Shown here piece after piece: positions 9,774 to 20,796 of a stretch of 64,000 bases of DNA. Origin of the DNA: Candidatus Omnitrophota bacterium (lineage in GTDB: Bacteria > Ratteibacteria > UBA8468 > MWAK01); assembly GCA_043826355.1 (NCBI GenBank), contig JBDRQI010000036.1, positions 1-64,000 on the forward strand. Direction: 5' to 3'. The position numbers and the translations under genes were made by a program. A model generated the notes under the pieces. It saw only the letters and a program-made list of their open reading frames with translations. It made no database searches and was not told the DNA's origin. Positions within the stretch are counted from its first letter, which is position 1; every line of letters starts with the position of its first letter.

Positions 9774-10868
9774 ATGGCAAACTTGACTGAAATTGTACGG
9801 TTGTGCGTGGGAAAAAACGCGACCGACCTGCACCTGAAGGTTGGTCGCCCGCCCGCCTTAAGAATTAATAACACCTTGATTTTTACCGAGTTGCCGTCAA
9901 TTGCGCCACAGGACCTAAAAAATTTTCTGGAAGAAATATCACTTCCGGAACAACAAAAAAAGTTGGCAGTTGACAAAGAACTTGATTTCGGCCACACTTT
10001 TCCAGGCTTGGGCCGGTTCCGTATTAACATCTATTTTCAGCGCGGAGAAATCGGCATCGCAATGCGTCGAGTCCGAACCGAAATACCGGGATTCGAGGAG
10101 TTGGGCCTGCCGCCGGTTCTGGCTGAAATCAGCCGGTTCGACAGCGGCCTGGTGCTGATTGCCGGACCGACCAGTTCTGGAAAATCGACCACCATTGCGG
10201 CCATAGTGGAATACATCAATCAGGGCCAGCAGGTTCACATTATGACCGTAGAAGACCCGGTGGAATACATTTATACGGACAAAAAATCTATCATCAACCA
10301 GCGCGAGGTAGGCATTGACACCGCCTCCTTCCATAACGCCCTGAAATACGTAATGCGCGAGGACCCGGATGTAATCGTAATCGGAGAAATGAGAGACCCG
10401 GAAACGTTTGAAGCGGCCTTATCCGCCTCGGAAACCGGCCACCTTGTCCTTTCCACGGTTCACGCCCTGGACACCGTAAGTATCTTCACCCGCATCCTGG
10501 ATTTCTTCCCGAGCCAACTACATGAACAGGTCAGGAAACAACTGGCCTATCACGTTAAAGCCACCGTCTGCCAAAAACTCCTGCCCCGGATAGACCAAAG
10601 CGGTCTGCTGCCGGCCGTAGAAGTTATGATTTCCACCCCCACCATTATAAAACTGGTTCAGGATAATCAAATCCTGAAAATTCCGGCCGGAATGAGGGCA
10701 GGAAAAGACCTCAGTATGCAAACGTTCAACGATGCCCTGATTAAATTAATTCACGAAAAAAAAGTTACCCGGGAATCAGCCTTAACCATCAGCCCCAACC
10801 CCGACGCGCTTCAGATGAATCTTAAGGGCATATTTCTGGACGACGATACCCGAATCGTCGGGATGTAA
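9774..10868 (+). CDS. pilT: PilT/PilU type IV pilus retraction ATPase
   Basis: GPTSSGKST, TVEDPVEY, INQREVG, MREDPDVIVIGEMRD, ETGHLVLST. Confidence 0.9.
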   Translation: MANLTEIVRLCVGKNATDLHLKVGRPPALRINNTLIFTELPSIAPQDLKNFLEEISLPEQQKKLAVDKELDFGHTFPGLGRFRINIYFQRGEIGIAMRRVRTEIPGFEELGLPPVLAEISRFDSGLVLIAGPTSSGKSTTIAAIVEYINQGQQVHIMTVEDPVEYIYTDKKSIINQREVGIDTASFHNALKYVMREDPDVIVIGEMRDPETFEAALSASETGHLVLSTVHALDTVSIFTRILDFFPSQLHEQVRKQLAYHVKATVCQKLLPRIDQSGLLPAVEVMISTPTIIKLVQDNQILKIPAGMRAGKDLSMQTFNDALIKLIHEKKVTRESALTISPNPDALQMNLKGIFLDDDTRIVGM

Positions 10869-10901
10869 CAAAACTCTGCCTTTTTGAACAATCATTTTAA
10901 G

Positions 10902-11777
10902 ATGGAACAAAACGCTATTCAAACAGAACTGCAAAACGCGTTCACCCGGGGAAATCTCTGGGCCGAAACTATAGGTTTGCTTTCCTTTTTTCTGCTCATC
11001 GGCACCGTTTATGCGTTAGTACTCAATCTGCGACGTTTCCTGCGTCATGAAACTAAATCTCCTTTGGTCGGCGCGGTGCCGGTCGCCTGGAACCTTAACC
11101 TGATTCTTCCGGTAGGGTTGTTTGCCTTTGTTTGCGCCAATATTTTGCTCGTCGCTTTCAACCTGGCCCTTGCAAAAACAGATGCTCAATCCTCCTTGAA
11201 CGTTCAAGCCTTAGAAGTACTTTTTCAAACCCTTATCGTAGAAGCAAGCCTGACTTTTGCCATCTTCTGCCTTCTCTGGAGACGCTACGTCGGAATCTGG
11301 CAGTTGGGCTTGAACAACTGGCGCCGGGAATATTTACGCGGCGGCCTCTGGGCATACCTCTCCATCCTGCCGGTCCTGGCGCTGGCCGGAGCGTTACTCA
11401 GCCTTTTTCGGAAAACTCTTTTACCGGAACAGGAAATTTATAAGCTGCTGATGGGATTAACCTCGCTGCCCATTTCGCTGTTATTCCTGATTATCGTCGG
11501 TCTGGTTGCGCCGTTGCTGGAAGAAATAATCTTCCGGGGGTTTCTTTTCGGAACATTGCGCAACAGCTTCGGTCCCTGGCGTTCCATGGTCTATTCCAGC
11601 CTGCTCTTTGCTGCGCTCCACCAATCACTGGTGGCATTTCTGCCCATCTTTTTTCTGGCGATGGTTCTGGCTTATCTTTACGAAAAGACCGGTTCCCTCT
11701 GGCCCTCAATTGTCCTGCACATGGTTAACAATACCGTAGCCACCTTGTTCGCTATCCTTATCCGGAGAGCCATATGA
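10902..11777 (+). CDS. CPBP family intramembrane metalloprotease
   Basis: EEIIFRG, FAALH, H...N motifs. Confidence 0.88.
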   Translation: MEQNAIQTELQNAFTRGNLWAETIGLLSFFLLIGTVYALVLNLRRFLRHETKSPLVGAVPVAWNLNLILPVGLFAFVCANILLVAFNLALAKTDAQSSLNVQALEVLFQTLIVEASLTFAIFCLLWRRYVGIWQLGLNNWRREYLRGGLWAYLSILPVLALAGALLSLFRKTLLPEQEIYKLLMGLTSLPISLLFLIIVGLVAPLLEEIIFRGFLFGTLRNSFGPWRSMVYSSLLFAALHQSLVAFLPIFFLAMVLAYLYEKTGSLWPSIVLHMVNNTVATLFAILIRRAI

Positions 11778-11811
11778 TACCGGTATTTTCTAATTTTAAA
11801 AGCAAATTAAT

Positions 11812-13098
11812 ATGAAATGTCTGATTATCGGTTCAGGCGGCCGGGAAAATGCGCTGGCCTGGAAAATTGCACAATCATCGGAAGTACAACGGCTCTACAT
11901 CGCTCCGGGAAATGCCGGAACTGCTAAAATCGGCAAAAATATTCCCATTCCGGACAGTGAAATCAATTCGCTCCTCTCCTTTGCCGATAAAGAACGGATT
12001 GATTTAACTGTTGTAGGCCCGGAAACGCCCCTGGCCAAAGGTATCGTAGATCTCTTCCAAAAAGCAGGCCTCCCTATCTTCGGACCAAACCAGGCGGCGG
12101 CCCGGCTGGAAACATCCAAAATTTTTGCCAAAGAATTCATGGTCCGCCACCAGATACCTACCGCAAAGTTCCGGATAGCCGCCTCGCTTTCAGAGGGTAA
12201 GTCTATTCTGAAAAAATGGGGTGGGAAACCTGCGGTAATCAAGGTGGACGGCCTGGCCGCCGGAAAAGGTGTTTTTGTCTGCGACACCCAGCCGGAAAAA
12301 GAAGAAGCGCTGAAACAAATATTTTCCAACAAAATTTTTAAATCCGCCGGCAAAAAAGCGATCGTCGAAGAAAAACTTAACGGCGAGGAAGTTTCGCTTC
12401 TGGCCATCACCGACGGCAAAAAATATCATTGTTTTCCCTCGGCCCAGGACCATAAGAAAGTCGGCGAGAACGATCTCGGGCCAAATACCGGCGGTATGGG
12501 CGCAGTGGCCCCTAATCCCTTCCTGCGGCCTTCAGCCAGAAAACAGGTTATCCAGAATGTGATAACAAAAACCATTTCCGGATTGGCCGAAGAAGACATT
12601 AATTATCAAGGCATCTTATACGCCGGACTCATCCTGACCAAAGAGGGACCGCAGGTTCTGGAGTTTAACGCCCGGTTCGGAGACCCGGAAACCCAGGCCA
12701 TTATCCCGCTTCTGGAAGACGACCTTTTCCCGTTACTGCTGACAACGGCCCAGGGGAATCTTTTACAAACAAAACCTGTTTTTCGGAAAGGCAGTTCCTG
12801 CTGCGTGGTTCTGACTTCAGCCGGCTACCCGGGACCTTACCGAAAGGCCCAGGAAATAAGCGGGCTAAACGCAGCATCCAAACTCAGGAACGTGCTGGTC
12901 TTTCACGCCGGAACAATAGCAGAAAACGGTAAAGTGCGGACCAACGGCGGACGGGTTCTGAATATCACCGGATTTGGCGAAAACCTGGCCCAGGCGATTG
13001 CAAACGCTTACATTGGGGTCAGTAAAATCCATTTTGCAGGGGCCTTTTTCCGCAGGGATATCGGACAGAAAGCGCTGCGCCGACAACAACAACAATAA
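11812..13098 (+). CDS. purD: Phosphoribosylamine-glycine ligase
   Basis: IGSGGRE, VVGPE, GLAAGKGV, QDHK, GPNTGGMG, EFNARFGDPETQ. Confidence 0.96.
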   Translation: MKCLIIGSGGRENALAWKIAQSSEVQRLYIAPGNAGTAKIGKNIPIPDSEINSLLSFADKERIDLTVVGPETPLAKGIVDLFQKAGLPIFGPNQAAARLETSKIFAKEFMVRHQIPTAKFRIAASLSEGKSILKKWGGKPAVIKVDGLAAGKGVFVCDTQPEKEEALKQIFSNKIFKSAGKKAIVEEKLNGEEVSLLAITDGKKYHCFPSAQDHKKVGENDLGPNTGGMGAVAPNPFLRPSARKQVIQNVITKTISGLAEEDINYQGILYAGLILTKEGPQVLEFNARFGDPETQAIIPLLEDDLFPLLLTTAQGNLLQTKPVFRKGSSCCVVLTSAGYPGPYRKAQEISGLNAASKLRNVLVFHAGTIAENGKVRTNGGRVLNITGFGENLAQAIANAYIGVSKIHFAGAFFRRDIGQKALRRQQQQ

Positions 13099-13119
13099 GG
13101 GAAATTACAAAATAATAAT

Positions 13120-13148
13120 TTGACTTAAAAAAATATTTCTGCTAAAAT
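13120..13148 (+). promoter_or_regulatory. Sigma70-type promoter
   Basis: TTGACT-N17-TAAAAT with extended TG. Confidence 0.65.
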
Positions 13149-13160
13149 TTGTGTCTAATT

Positions 13161-13925
13161 ATGGAAACAAACGAAAAAGCCGTGGCGCTGCGCATTGAAG
13201 GACTGACCAAAATATTCCACCTGGGTCGGCATAAGGATGTAACGGCCCTGGATAATCTTTCCCTGGAAATCAAGGAAGGCGAAATTTTCGGTCTGTTAGG
13301 TCCCAACGGCAGCGGGAAGACAACCGCCCTGAAACTGATCCTCGGCCTGCTTTTTCCCACCAGCGGGCAGATTGAAATCCTCGGCCGGAACTACCAGGAA
13401 ATTGAAGTCAGGAACGACATCGGCTACCTTCCGGAAAATCCTTACTATTACCGCTATCTTACCGGACCGGAAATACTGACTTTTTACGGCCGGATATTCG
13501 GAATGACCAAAGAAACTATCGAAGAAAAAAAGGAAAAACTGCTCAAACTGGTTGGCTTGTACGACAAACAACACCTCTCCCTGAAACACTTTTCCAAAGG
13601 CATGCTGGAACGAATCGGCCTGGCAGTTGCCATGCTCAACGACCCGAAGTTCCTGATTCTGGACGAACCAACCACCGGCCTTGACCCGATCGGCAGCCGG
13701 GAAACCAGAAACCTGCTTTTGGACTTGCAGGCAGCCGGTAAAACAATCCTTCTTTCCAGCCATTATCTTTCGGAAATAGAAAAAGTAAGCAGTCGCGTCG
13801 GAATTCTGCACCGGGGAAAACTGTTAGCACTGGGAACCATTTCCGAACTGATGACTCAGCGGAAAGCAGAGAACATTGAGGACTTATTCATTAAGGTGAT
13901 CGAATGGTCAACAAAGCAATCGTAA
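13161..13925 (+). CDS. ABC-2 type transporter ATP-binding protein
   Basis: GPNGSGKT, FSKGM, LILDEP, SSH. Confidence 0.9.
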   Translation: METNEKAVALRIEGLTKIFHLGRHKDVTALDNLSLEIKEGEIFGLLGPNGSGKTTALKLILGLLFPTSGQIEILGRNYQEIEVRNDIGYLPENPYYYRYLTGPEILTFYGRIFGMTKETIEEKKEKLLKLVGLYDKQHLSLKHFSKGMLERIGLAVAMLNDPKFLILDEPTTGLDPIGSRETRNLLLDLQAAGKTILLSSHYLSEIEKVSSRVGILHRGKLLALGTISELMTQRKAENIEDLFIKVIEWSTKQS

Positions 13926-14671
13926 TCGGAAAAAATACATTTCAGGAATCGCTGCGGCTGCGCAGTTATCAGATAATACTGGTCTTTGCGCTTCTGCTCC
14001 TGGGCAGCAGCCAACTTCTTTCGTTCCTGACGCCGGCTGAACAGTTAAAGATGATCAAGGATGTTTCCCTGTCCGGCATCGAATTTTTCGGCGCGCTGCT
14101 GGCTATATTTGCCTCAATGACCGCCTTGCGCAGCGAATTTGAAACCAACACTATCTCCACCCTTCTCTCTAAACCTTTGAAACGGTCCGATTTTATCCTG
14201 GGAAAATTTCTGGGTATGGCATCGATCATAACTTTAAGTATAATCATTATGTCCGTCGTTTTTATCGGACTCATCCTGCTTAAACAACGCTTTTTTGAAA
14301 CCAGCCTTTTTTCGGCTCTTTTCCTGATTTGGGCCGAAATGCTGGTTATCATCGCCATAACCCTGGCGGTAGCCGCCTTCGCCTCCACCGCATTCACTCT
14401 CATCTTTGTCCTCTTTCTCTTTTTCGTCGGACACCTCACCGGTTACGGACTCTCCATGTCCGAACAGATGAAAAACCCGGTTCTGCAGATTATCACAAGG
14501 TTCTTTTACAAAATTATTCCCAACTTTGAAAATTTTGCTATCCGGGACCAGATAGTGGTCGGAGGCACGGTGCCAATCAGTTACCTTTTGAAAACCTTCG
14601 GCTATGGAATAATTTACGCTGCAATCGCCCTTATTATCTGCCTCTATTTTTTCCGATACCGCGAAGTGTAA
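13904..14671 (+). CDS. ABC-2 type transporter permease
   Basis: Six hydrophobic segments, LSKPL.R..FILGKFLG motif. Confidence 0.85.
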   Translation: MVNKAIVIGKNTFQESLRLRSYQIILVFALLLLGSSQLLSFLTPAEQLKMIKDVSLSGIEFFGALLAIFASMTALRSEFETNTISTLLSKPLKRSDFILGKFLGMASIITLSIIIMSVVFIGLILLKQRFFETSLFSALFLIWAEMLVIIAITLAVAAFASTAFTLIFVLFLFFVGHLTGYGLSMSEQMKNPVLQIITRFFYKIIPNFENFAIRDQIVVGGTVPISYLLKTFGYGIIYAAIALIICLYFFRYREV

Positions 14672-14695
14672 GTGTAGGCTAGGGGTTGCAAAAAA

Positions 14696-14741
14696 GGTAG
14701 CCGCAGGCTTTAGCCTGCGTACCCTGAAGGGTGCGACTACC
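14696..14741. repeat. GTAG-type REP doublet
   Basis: GGTAGCCGCAGGCTTTAGCCTGCG-T-ACCCTGAAGGGTGCGACTACC; related to 8990 and 47162. Confidence 0.8.
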
Positions 14742-14801
14742 ACAGCACGGCTACCATTCATCCCCGTCCACAGGCCGGGGCATTCTGGCATTTTCCGTAA
14801 A

Positions 14802-15587
14802 ATGACCAAAAGAACTTACCGAAACGCATCCATCGCCGTTATCATTCTGCTCTTTATATTTCTCTCCAATCCGATATTTTTATTTTATAGTTTGGGCCGT
14901 TTTTCAATTGACCTTCGTTTCAAAGGAATATTATCCCCCCTCCAAAACACAATTGACCTGCAGGACAAGATTGACCTGCAGCGTAAACAGATGGGGTTTG
15001 AACAAAGGATGCTGCTGATGCCGGGAGAAATTGCCGGAAATCTGGCCCTGGGCGGATTCAAGGGTCTGGCCGCCGACTTAATCTGGCTCCAGGTAGAAAC
15101 TCTCTTTCACGCCGGGCAATCACATAAGATGCTTCCCCTCTTTAAATCCGTTACTTTTCTTCAGCCTAAATTCATCACGCCCTGGGCGGTTGGCGGCTGG
15201 CACCTGTCTTACAACATTTCGGTGATGACCGACAACCCCGAAGAAAAAGAAGCCTGGGTTCAAGCCGGCGTTGACTTCTTAAAAGAAGGCATCACCTACA
15301 ACCCGGAAAGGTACGACCTCTATTTTGAGCTTGGGTGGACGTTGCACCATAAAGTAAAAAATTATGCGGAAGCGATTAAATATCTGCAATTGGCGTGCAA
15401 ATTCCCCGGGCCGGATTATGTAAAAAACGTTCTGGCACACGCCTACGAAAGAAACGGTCAGATAGATACGGCAATCGAAACCTGGAAAGAGATAATAAGG
15501 AGCGGTAACAGTTTCAGTGACATCGCACCGAGGATGATAAGCAACCTTAAAAAGTACGGTTCCACCACTGTTCCGGAAAAAAAATGA
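14802..15587 (+). CDS. Membrane-anchored TPR protein
   Basis: N-terminal TM helix, ADLIWLQ motif, TPR-like helices. Confidence 0.75.
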   Translation: MTKRTYRNASIAVIILLFIFLSNPIFLFYSLGRFSIDLRFKGILSPLQNTIDLQDKIDLQRKQMGFEQRMLLMPGEIAGNLALGGFKGLAADLIWLQVETLFHAGQSHKMLPLFKSVTFLQPKFITPWAVGGWHLSYNISVMTDNPEEKEAWVQAGVDFLKEGITYNPERYDLYFELGWTLHHKVKNYAEAIKYLQLACKFPGPDYVKNVLAHAYERNGQIDTAIETWKEIIRSGNSFSDIAPRMISNLKKYGSTTVPEKK

Positions 15588-16147
15588 TATTTGTGGTCTC
15601 CGCGGCTTCCGGAACCGGTAAAACAACCATCCTGAAAATTCTTGCCCAAAGATATAAAATAACCCGTTTTACCACCAGCACTACCCGTCCGCCCAGGCGG
15701 AGTGAAAAGAACAGACAGGACTATTACTTCCACACCGAACCGGAATTCCAGAACCTGATCGAATCCAACGGGCTGGCCGAATGGGCGGTGGTCTATGGAT
15801 TCCATTACGGTACGCCCCGCGCGAAACTTGAAGCATCACTCAAAAAAAACCGGCCGATTGTACTTGCGCTCGACACCCAGGGTGCAGCCCGGATTAAATC
15901 ACAGTACCCGAAACAAACCGTTCTGATTGCCCTCCTCCCGCCTTCCCGAAAAGAACTGGAAAACCGCATCCGTTACCGCCAGAAAGAGACCGGTGAAAAT
16001 GATCTGGATGTAAAAAAACGCCTGTCTGAAGCAAAAAAAGAGCTTAAAATTTTGGCCGGATACGATTACCGGATCGTAAACGAAACTCCGGGAAAAACCG
16101 CCGAACTTCTCTATCAAATCATCCAAACTCGGATGTTTGGTTCCTAA
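15584..16147 (+). CDS. gmk: Guanylate kinase
   Basis: SAASGTGKTT, TTRPPR..E....DY.F, YGT. Confidence 0.92.
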   Translation: MIFVVSAASGTGKTTILKILAQRYKITRFTTSTTRPPRRSEKNRQDYYFHTEPEFQNLIESNGLAEWAVVYGFHYGTPRAKLEASLKKNRPIVLALDTQGAARIKSQYPKQTVLIALLPPSRKELENRIRYRQKETGENDLDVKKRLSEAKKELKILAGYDYRIVNETPGKTAELLYQIIQTRMFGS

Positions 16148-16298
16148 AACGCCCTGCGTGTCAGACAAAACTACGCAACTTGCGGTTTGAGACTCTCCGT
16201 GTTCTCAATACTACTTCGTATGAGCCACGGCTGCTCAAACCTCCGTTCTGCTTGTTTTGTCGCTGACACTCCGTGAAGTTTTATGAACCAAACCATCC
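16131..16298. repeat. Structured long-hairpin repeat element, copy 1
   Basis: Reverse complement aligns with 27830-27990; nested inverted repeats. Confidence 0.8.
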
Positions 16299-16305
16299 TT
16301 GTACC

Positions 16306-17220
16306 TTAAGAACGCGGAAAGAAGTTCCGGTAGGCGTCTTTAAGGTGTTTGGTAGAGAGGTGGGTGTAAACCTGGGTGGTGGTGATATTCTGATGACCCA
16401 GAATCTCCTGGATGGCGCGCAGGTCCGCGCCGGCTTCCAGCAGGTGGGTTGCGAAAGAATGGCGCAAAGTATGCGGGGTAATCCGGCCGGAGAGGCCGCA
16501 GGCCGACGCATATTTCTTCAGGATACGCTCCACGCTCCGGCTGGTCAACCGGCCGCCGAAACGATTGGCGAAAAGAAAAGGGGCGTCAACTGACCGTTCG
16601 TTTGAAGACAGGTATTCGTTGAGAACCGTCAGAGCTGTTTTGCCGATTGGAACCAGCCGCTCTTTTCTCCCCTTTCCCCGCACGCGCGCCAAACCGGCCA
16701 CAAAATCGATCTCGGTCAGATTAAGGTTTACCATTTCCGAAACCCGGAGACCGGCGGAGTAAAGCAGTTCCAGCATCGCCCGATCCCGGAACGGAAACTG
16801 ACTGACTCCTTTTTTAAGGGTTTCATCAAGCAGGGACAGGGTCTGGCTGATCTCCAGAAAAGCCGGGAGATTGCGCTCGCTTTTCGGGGAACGCAGGGCA
16901 ACCATCGGGTTTATCGATACAGATTTCTCGCGGTTTAAAAACCGGAAAAAGGCGCGTAAAGCGGCCACCCGGCGGATAACGGTGGCGCGACTCAAATTCC
17001 GCTGGAAAAGGTTACCCAGATAAATCCTTAATATTTCAAGGTCTGTTTTTTTCAGCGTCCGGCCGGTCAGGCCCAGGCTTCGCCGAGGCGAGCCGTCCAA
17101 AAATCCGCAGAAATCATCCAGGTCCTGATGATAAGCGCGAATGGTATCGGGAGACGCATTACGTTCGGCCTTCAAATATTCCAAAAAAACCTGAACTTCT
17201 TTACGCGAGGACTTTTTCAT
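16306..17220 (-). CDS. xerC: Tyrosine recombinase XerC
   Basis: RDRAMLELLYSAGLRVSE, GKGRKER, HTLRHSFATHLL, LGH....TTQVYTH. Confidence 0.92.
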   Translation of the reverse strand: MKKSSRKEVQVFLEYLKAERNASPDTIRAYHQDLDDFCGFLDGSPRRSLGLTGRTLKKTDLEILRIYLGNLFQRNLSRATVIRRVAALRAFFRFLNREKSVSINPMVALRSPKSERNLPAFLEISQTLSLLDETLKKGVSQFPFRDRAMLELLYSAGLRVSEMVNLNLTEIDFVAGLARVRGKGRKERLVPIGKTALTVLNEYLSSNERSVDAPFLFANRFGGRLTSRSVERILKKYASACGLSGRITPHTLRHSFATHLLEAGADLRAIQEILGHQNITTTQVYTHLSTKHLKDAYRNFFPRS

Positions 17221-18358
17221 AGAGCGATTCTATCCGGGAAACCATCACGTTAACCGAAAAATTATTAAGAACAAATTGCTGGCCCGTCCGGGCCATTGCC
17301 TGGCTCTTCTCCGGATTACGCAGAGCGAAAATGATTGCGGCGAGCAACTTTTCAAAATCCTGCGGGGGAATCAGGAACCCGGTTACACCGTCAACAAGCA
17401 CCTCCCGGGTGCCGTCTACGTCAAAGGCGACCACCGGAACCCCGCCGGCCAGCGCTTGCGCAACCGCTTTCGGCAACCCCTCGCGCAAAGAAACGTGAAC
17501 CAGCAGGTCCATTGCCGATATTGCCTCCGGTATCTCCCGGGGCGGCAACAAACCGGCAAAGGTAATCGCTTCCCTGATATTCAGCTTTTCAGCCATCTCT
17601 TCCAGTTCCGGCCTCAGGATACCGTCACCGACCAGGAAAAGCCGGCTCCGGGGAAATTTCTTTTTAACCGACGCGAAAGCCGATAGCAAGAATTCGTGGC
17701 CCTTCAAGTGAAAAAGGCGGGCGACCTTACCGATAATTATTTCGTCATCCCGGAAACCATATTTCCGTCTGGCTTCTGACTTCCCCCGGCTTGCCGCCGC
17801 GAACTCCTCCACCGTAAAACCGCTGTAGATTGTACAATAACGTTCTTTTTTACCAATCCCGGCCGCCAGACTTTTGGTGATAAGATTGTCGGCAACAGAA
17901 ATATATCCATCGGTAAAAAACGCGGTCAGTTTTTCGGCCGTAATATAAACAAAATTAAGAATTCGGTTTTGATAAGGATGGAATGGCAGGCCGTGGATTG
18001 TGTGAATTACCCGGGGCCGACGCCGCAGCAGCCCAGCCGCCAGCCGGCCCAGGATGCCGGCTTTAGCGCTGTGGGTATGCAGAACATCCGGCTTTTCACG
18101 ACAGAGGTAACGATAAATGGCGCAAAAAGAAATCAGATCACGAAACGGGTCAATTTGACGCCGTAAAGCGGGAATGAGCCGGATTTCTACTAAACCGCGG
18201 TTCCGCGCCTCTTCCAGAAGACTCCCCTCCGGCCCCAGCGGCGGTCCGGTCAAAAGGGTAACCCGGTGGCCGCGTTCGTTCAATCCGTAACAGGTAAAAA
18301 GGGTGTTCTCCTGAGCGCCGCCGATAATCAGGCGGGTGATAAGATGGCAGATTTTCAA
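17201..18358 (-). CDS. Glycosyltransferase family 4
   Basis: GGAQ, HTHSAKAG, HTIHG, S..EGLP GT-B motifs. Confidence 0.88.
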   Translation of the reverse strand: MKICHLITRLIIGGAQENTLFTCYGLNERGHRVTLLTGPPLGPEGSLLEEARNRGLVEIRLIPALRRQIDPFRDLISFCAIYRYLCREKPDVLHTHSAKAGILGRLAAGLLRRRPRVIHTIHGLPFHPYQNRILNFVYITAEKLTAFFTDGYISVADNLITKSLAAGIGKKERYCTIYSGFTVEEFAAASRGKSEARRKYGFRDDEIIIGKVARLFHLKGHEFLLSAFASVKKKFPRSRLFLVGDGILRPELEEMAEKLNIREAITFAGLLPPREIPEAISAMDLLVHVSLREGLPKAVAQALAGGVPVVAFDVDGTREVLVDGVTGFLIPPQDFEKLLAAIIFALRNPEKSQAMARTGQQFVLNNFSVNVMVSRIESLYEKVLA

Positions 18359-19017
18359 TCTTTTGTTTTTGGCTTAACCGGATTGGCTGATGTCGATTTA
18401 CCCGAAACCTTCTTCTCTAATGCTGCAATCTGTTCTCGCAAAGACTGGTTCTCTTTGGAAATCTCCTCCACGATTATGGAAAGTTTTTGGGTCATTTCTC
18501 CCCGGGTAATTACCAGACCGGTGTCAACCTGGTCAATCCGGTCGGAAATAGCCGCGTATTCCCCGGGAATCTTATCCATCTGTTTCTGGGCGGCCTCAAG
18601 AAGGGCGAGGGTTTCCGCCTGCGTCTTTTTCATAAGTTCAAGGTCACGCTGCATCTGGTCTAGCCGGTCGGAAACCCCTTTCTGAAAATCAAGCAACTCC
18701 TGGGAAGTAGCCAAACGGAATTTTTCCGACTTTTCCGCCTCCTGGCGAATATGCTCGCTCAAAGTACTCACGGAACCTTCGTTGCTGGAGATACGTTCCC
18801 GCAAAGCGAGCATATCTTCACTTAAACCGGCCACTCTGGAGGTCCAGTCACCTTCAAAACTACTGATCGACCGCTGGCTCTCCTTTTCCAGGGAGCCTAA
18901 TTTTGTTTCCGTGGTTACGACCCTTTCCTGCAGGGTGGCTACATCACCCTGCATCGCCACGCAGCCGGAAATTGAGACGGCTAAGCCAAGCAGCCCAAAC
19001 AGAAAGCATTTTCTCAT
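18355..19017 (-). CDS. Coiled-coil lipoprotein downstream of pal (CpoB/YbgF N-terminus-like position)
   Basis: ISGC lipobox, long heptad repeats, no TPR domain evident. Confidence 0.6.
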   Translation of the reverse strand: MRKCFLFGLLGLAVSISGCVAMQGDVATLQERVVTTETKLGSLEKESQRSISSFEGDWTSRVAGLSEDMLALRERISSNEGSVSTLSEHIRQEAEKSEKFRLATSQELLDFQKGVSDRLDQMQRDLELMKKTQAETLALLEAAQKQMDKIPGEYAAISDRIDQVDTGLVITRGEMTQKLSIIVEEISKENQSLREQIAALEKKVSGKSTSANPVKPKTKD

Positions 19018-19020
19018 CTT

Positions 19021-19575
19021 TTACTCAACAATCTTAAATTCACAGCGCCGGTTCTTCGCCCAGGCTGTTTCGTTGTGGCCGGGATCAAGCGGTTTTTCCG
19101 CACCATAGCTGACCGTCCCTAACCTTTCCGGGGCAATTCCCAAAGAAACCAGGTAACGACGGGCAGACAGGCTGCGGCGCTCGCCCAGAGCCATGTTGTA
19201 TTCCGCGGTGCCCCGTTCATCACAGTGGCCTTCAAAAGAAACTTTGACTTTGCGGTGATCCTTCAGATAGACGGCGATCTTTTCCAGAACTCTCCGGGCT
19301 TCGGGTTTTATGTCGCTTTTGTCAAAATCAAAGTGAATCGTTTCGAAAACCTGCTTCTCTTCCATCGTTGCCAGTTCGCGAGCCACACCCTGTAACTTGG
19401 TGGCCGGAATCTCCTTGCCTTTAAGCGCCGCTTCTTGCTGTTCCTTGGTTGCCAGACCCTCCATACCAACCGGTTTTGCCGGCATCTCTTTCTTTGTTCC
19501 CAAGCGACCGGCGCATCCGGCCGCAAAAACGAACAACGCCAATATACTTACTCCCAAAATAACTTTTTTTTCCAT
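19021..19575 (-). CDS. pal: Peptidoglycan-associated lipoprotein
   Basis: AAGC lipobox, IHFDFDKS, EGHCDERGT.EYN.ALGERR, KNRR. Confidence 0.95.
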   Translation of the reverse strand: MEKKVILGVSILALFVFAAGCAGRLGTKKEMPAKPVGMEGLATKEQQEAALKGKEIPATKLQGVARELATMEEKQVFETIHFDFDKSDIKPEARRVLEKIAVYLKDHRKVKVSFEGHCDERGTAEYNMALGERRSLSARRYLVSLGIAPERLGTVSYGAEKPLDPGHNETAWAKNRRCEFKIVE

Positions 19576-19605
19576 ATATCCCCCTGTTGCTTGTTATGTT
19601 TTTCC

Positions 19606-20796
19606 CTATCTCCAGTCCGGCGTACCATAGCCGCCATCTGAAGTAATATTAAACAACTCTCCGGTAAAAATGTCAAGCATCTTCAGGTTGCTCTCATAAT
19701 TACGGGTGTGGACAAAAACCAGGTGCCGGCTGTCGGGGGCAAAGACCGGGTCCTCTTTATGGTTGGGTCCGGACTCCAGCACAAAATCCTGTCCGGTTTC
19801 CAAAAATATAATTCTGATTTCAAACTGTCCGGCAATCCGGCTGGTATAAACCAGAAATCGTCCGTCCGGCGAGACAGCCGGAGAGGTGTTGTACGACCCC
19901 TCAAACGTAAGACGCTTACTCTGTCCGGTAGCCAGGTCCAGACGATAAATCTGGGGATTACCGGTGCGGTCGGAAACAAAAGCCAAGCTATTTCCATCCG
20001 GAAAGAAGATCGGTGAAGTATCGACGCTATTGTCTCTGGTAAGCCGGGTAAGCTCTCCGCTTTTCAGATTAAAGATATAAATCTCCGGGTTACCGTCTTT
20101 GCTTAAGGAAAGCGCGATACGGTCTCCGTTCGGGTTGAAACTGGCGGCGCTGTTTAAGCCCGGGTACGAAACTACCCTTTTCCTGCTCCCGGAACCTATC
20201 TCCTGGCGGTAGACAGCCGGCCAGTAATTGACGTGAGAGGTGTAAATGATCGACCTTCCGTCCGGAGAGAAGCGCGGATATCGGCTAAGCGACTTGTCCC
20301 GGGTCAACGGGAAGATTCGGCCGCCATCATAATCCAGCAAAACAAGTTCTTTTGCTTTGCCGACTTTTCGGGAAGCGACAATCCGGGTGAAGACAATAGA
20401 CGGCCGACCGGTCAGCAGCCGGATAACTTCGTCGGAAGCCTTATGGGCAAGCGCTCTTTCATTGGAAGACGTTGCCCTGATGCTGGTCAATTCTTTTCCG
20501 GATGAAAATACCCTTACTTCAACCACGTTCGGTGACACCTTTTCCGCAATAACGTAAACTCCCAGCCAAACTTTTACGGCTTCCCGCTGTAAAGTATGCG
20601 GGTCAAAATAACCGCTCAACCTTAAATCGCTGAAAAAGACCGTGCTGAATTCCGGAAGATCATCCGGCAAAACCATGCCTATTGAAACCTTGTGCGGGGT
20701 GTCCTTGGTAATCTCTATGTTCACCTGACCTGCGGCCGGTAATGTAACTGTCACTAAAATTAGAATCAGTAAAAACTGCAAAAAAAATCTGTTCAT
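19606..20796 (-). CDS. tolB: TolB beta-propeller protein
   Basis: PD40 repeats (P.FSPDG), adjacent to pal. Confidence 0.88.
   Translation of the reverse strand: MNRFFLQFLLILILVTVTLPAAGQVNIEITKDTPHKVSIGMVLPDDLPEFSTVFFSDLRLSGYFDPHTLQREAVKVWLGVYVIAEKVSPNVVEVRVFSSGKELTSIRATSSNERALAHKASDEVIRLLTGRPSIVFTRIVASRKVGKAKELVLLDYDGGRIFPLTRDKSLSRYPRFSPDGRSIIYTSHVNYWPAVYRQEIGSGSRKRVVSYPGLNSAASFNPNGDRIALSLSKDGNPEIYIFNLKSGELTRLTRDNSVDTSPIFFPDGNSLAFVSDRTGNPQIYRLDLATGQSKRLTFEGSYNTSPAVSPDGRFLVYTSRIAGQFEIRIIFLETGQDFVLESGPNHKEDPVFAPDSRHLVFVHTRNYESNLKMLDIFTGELFNITSDGGYGTPDWR

Noticed and set aside
16306..17220. Prophage or island integrase
   Set aside because: XerC-type motifs and size, embedded in a housekeeping operon with no phage genes or att sites nearby.
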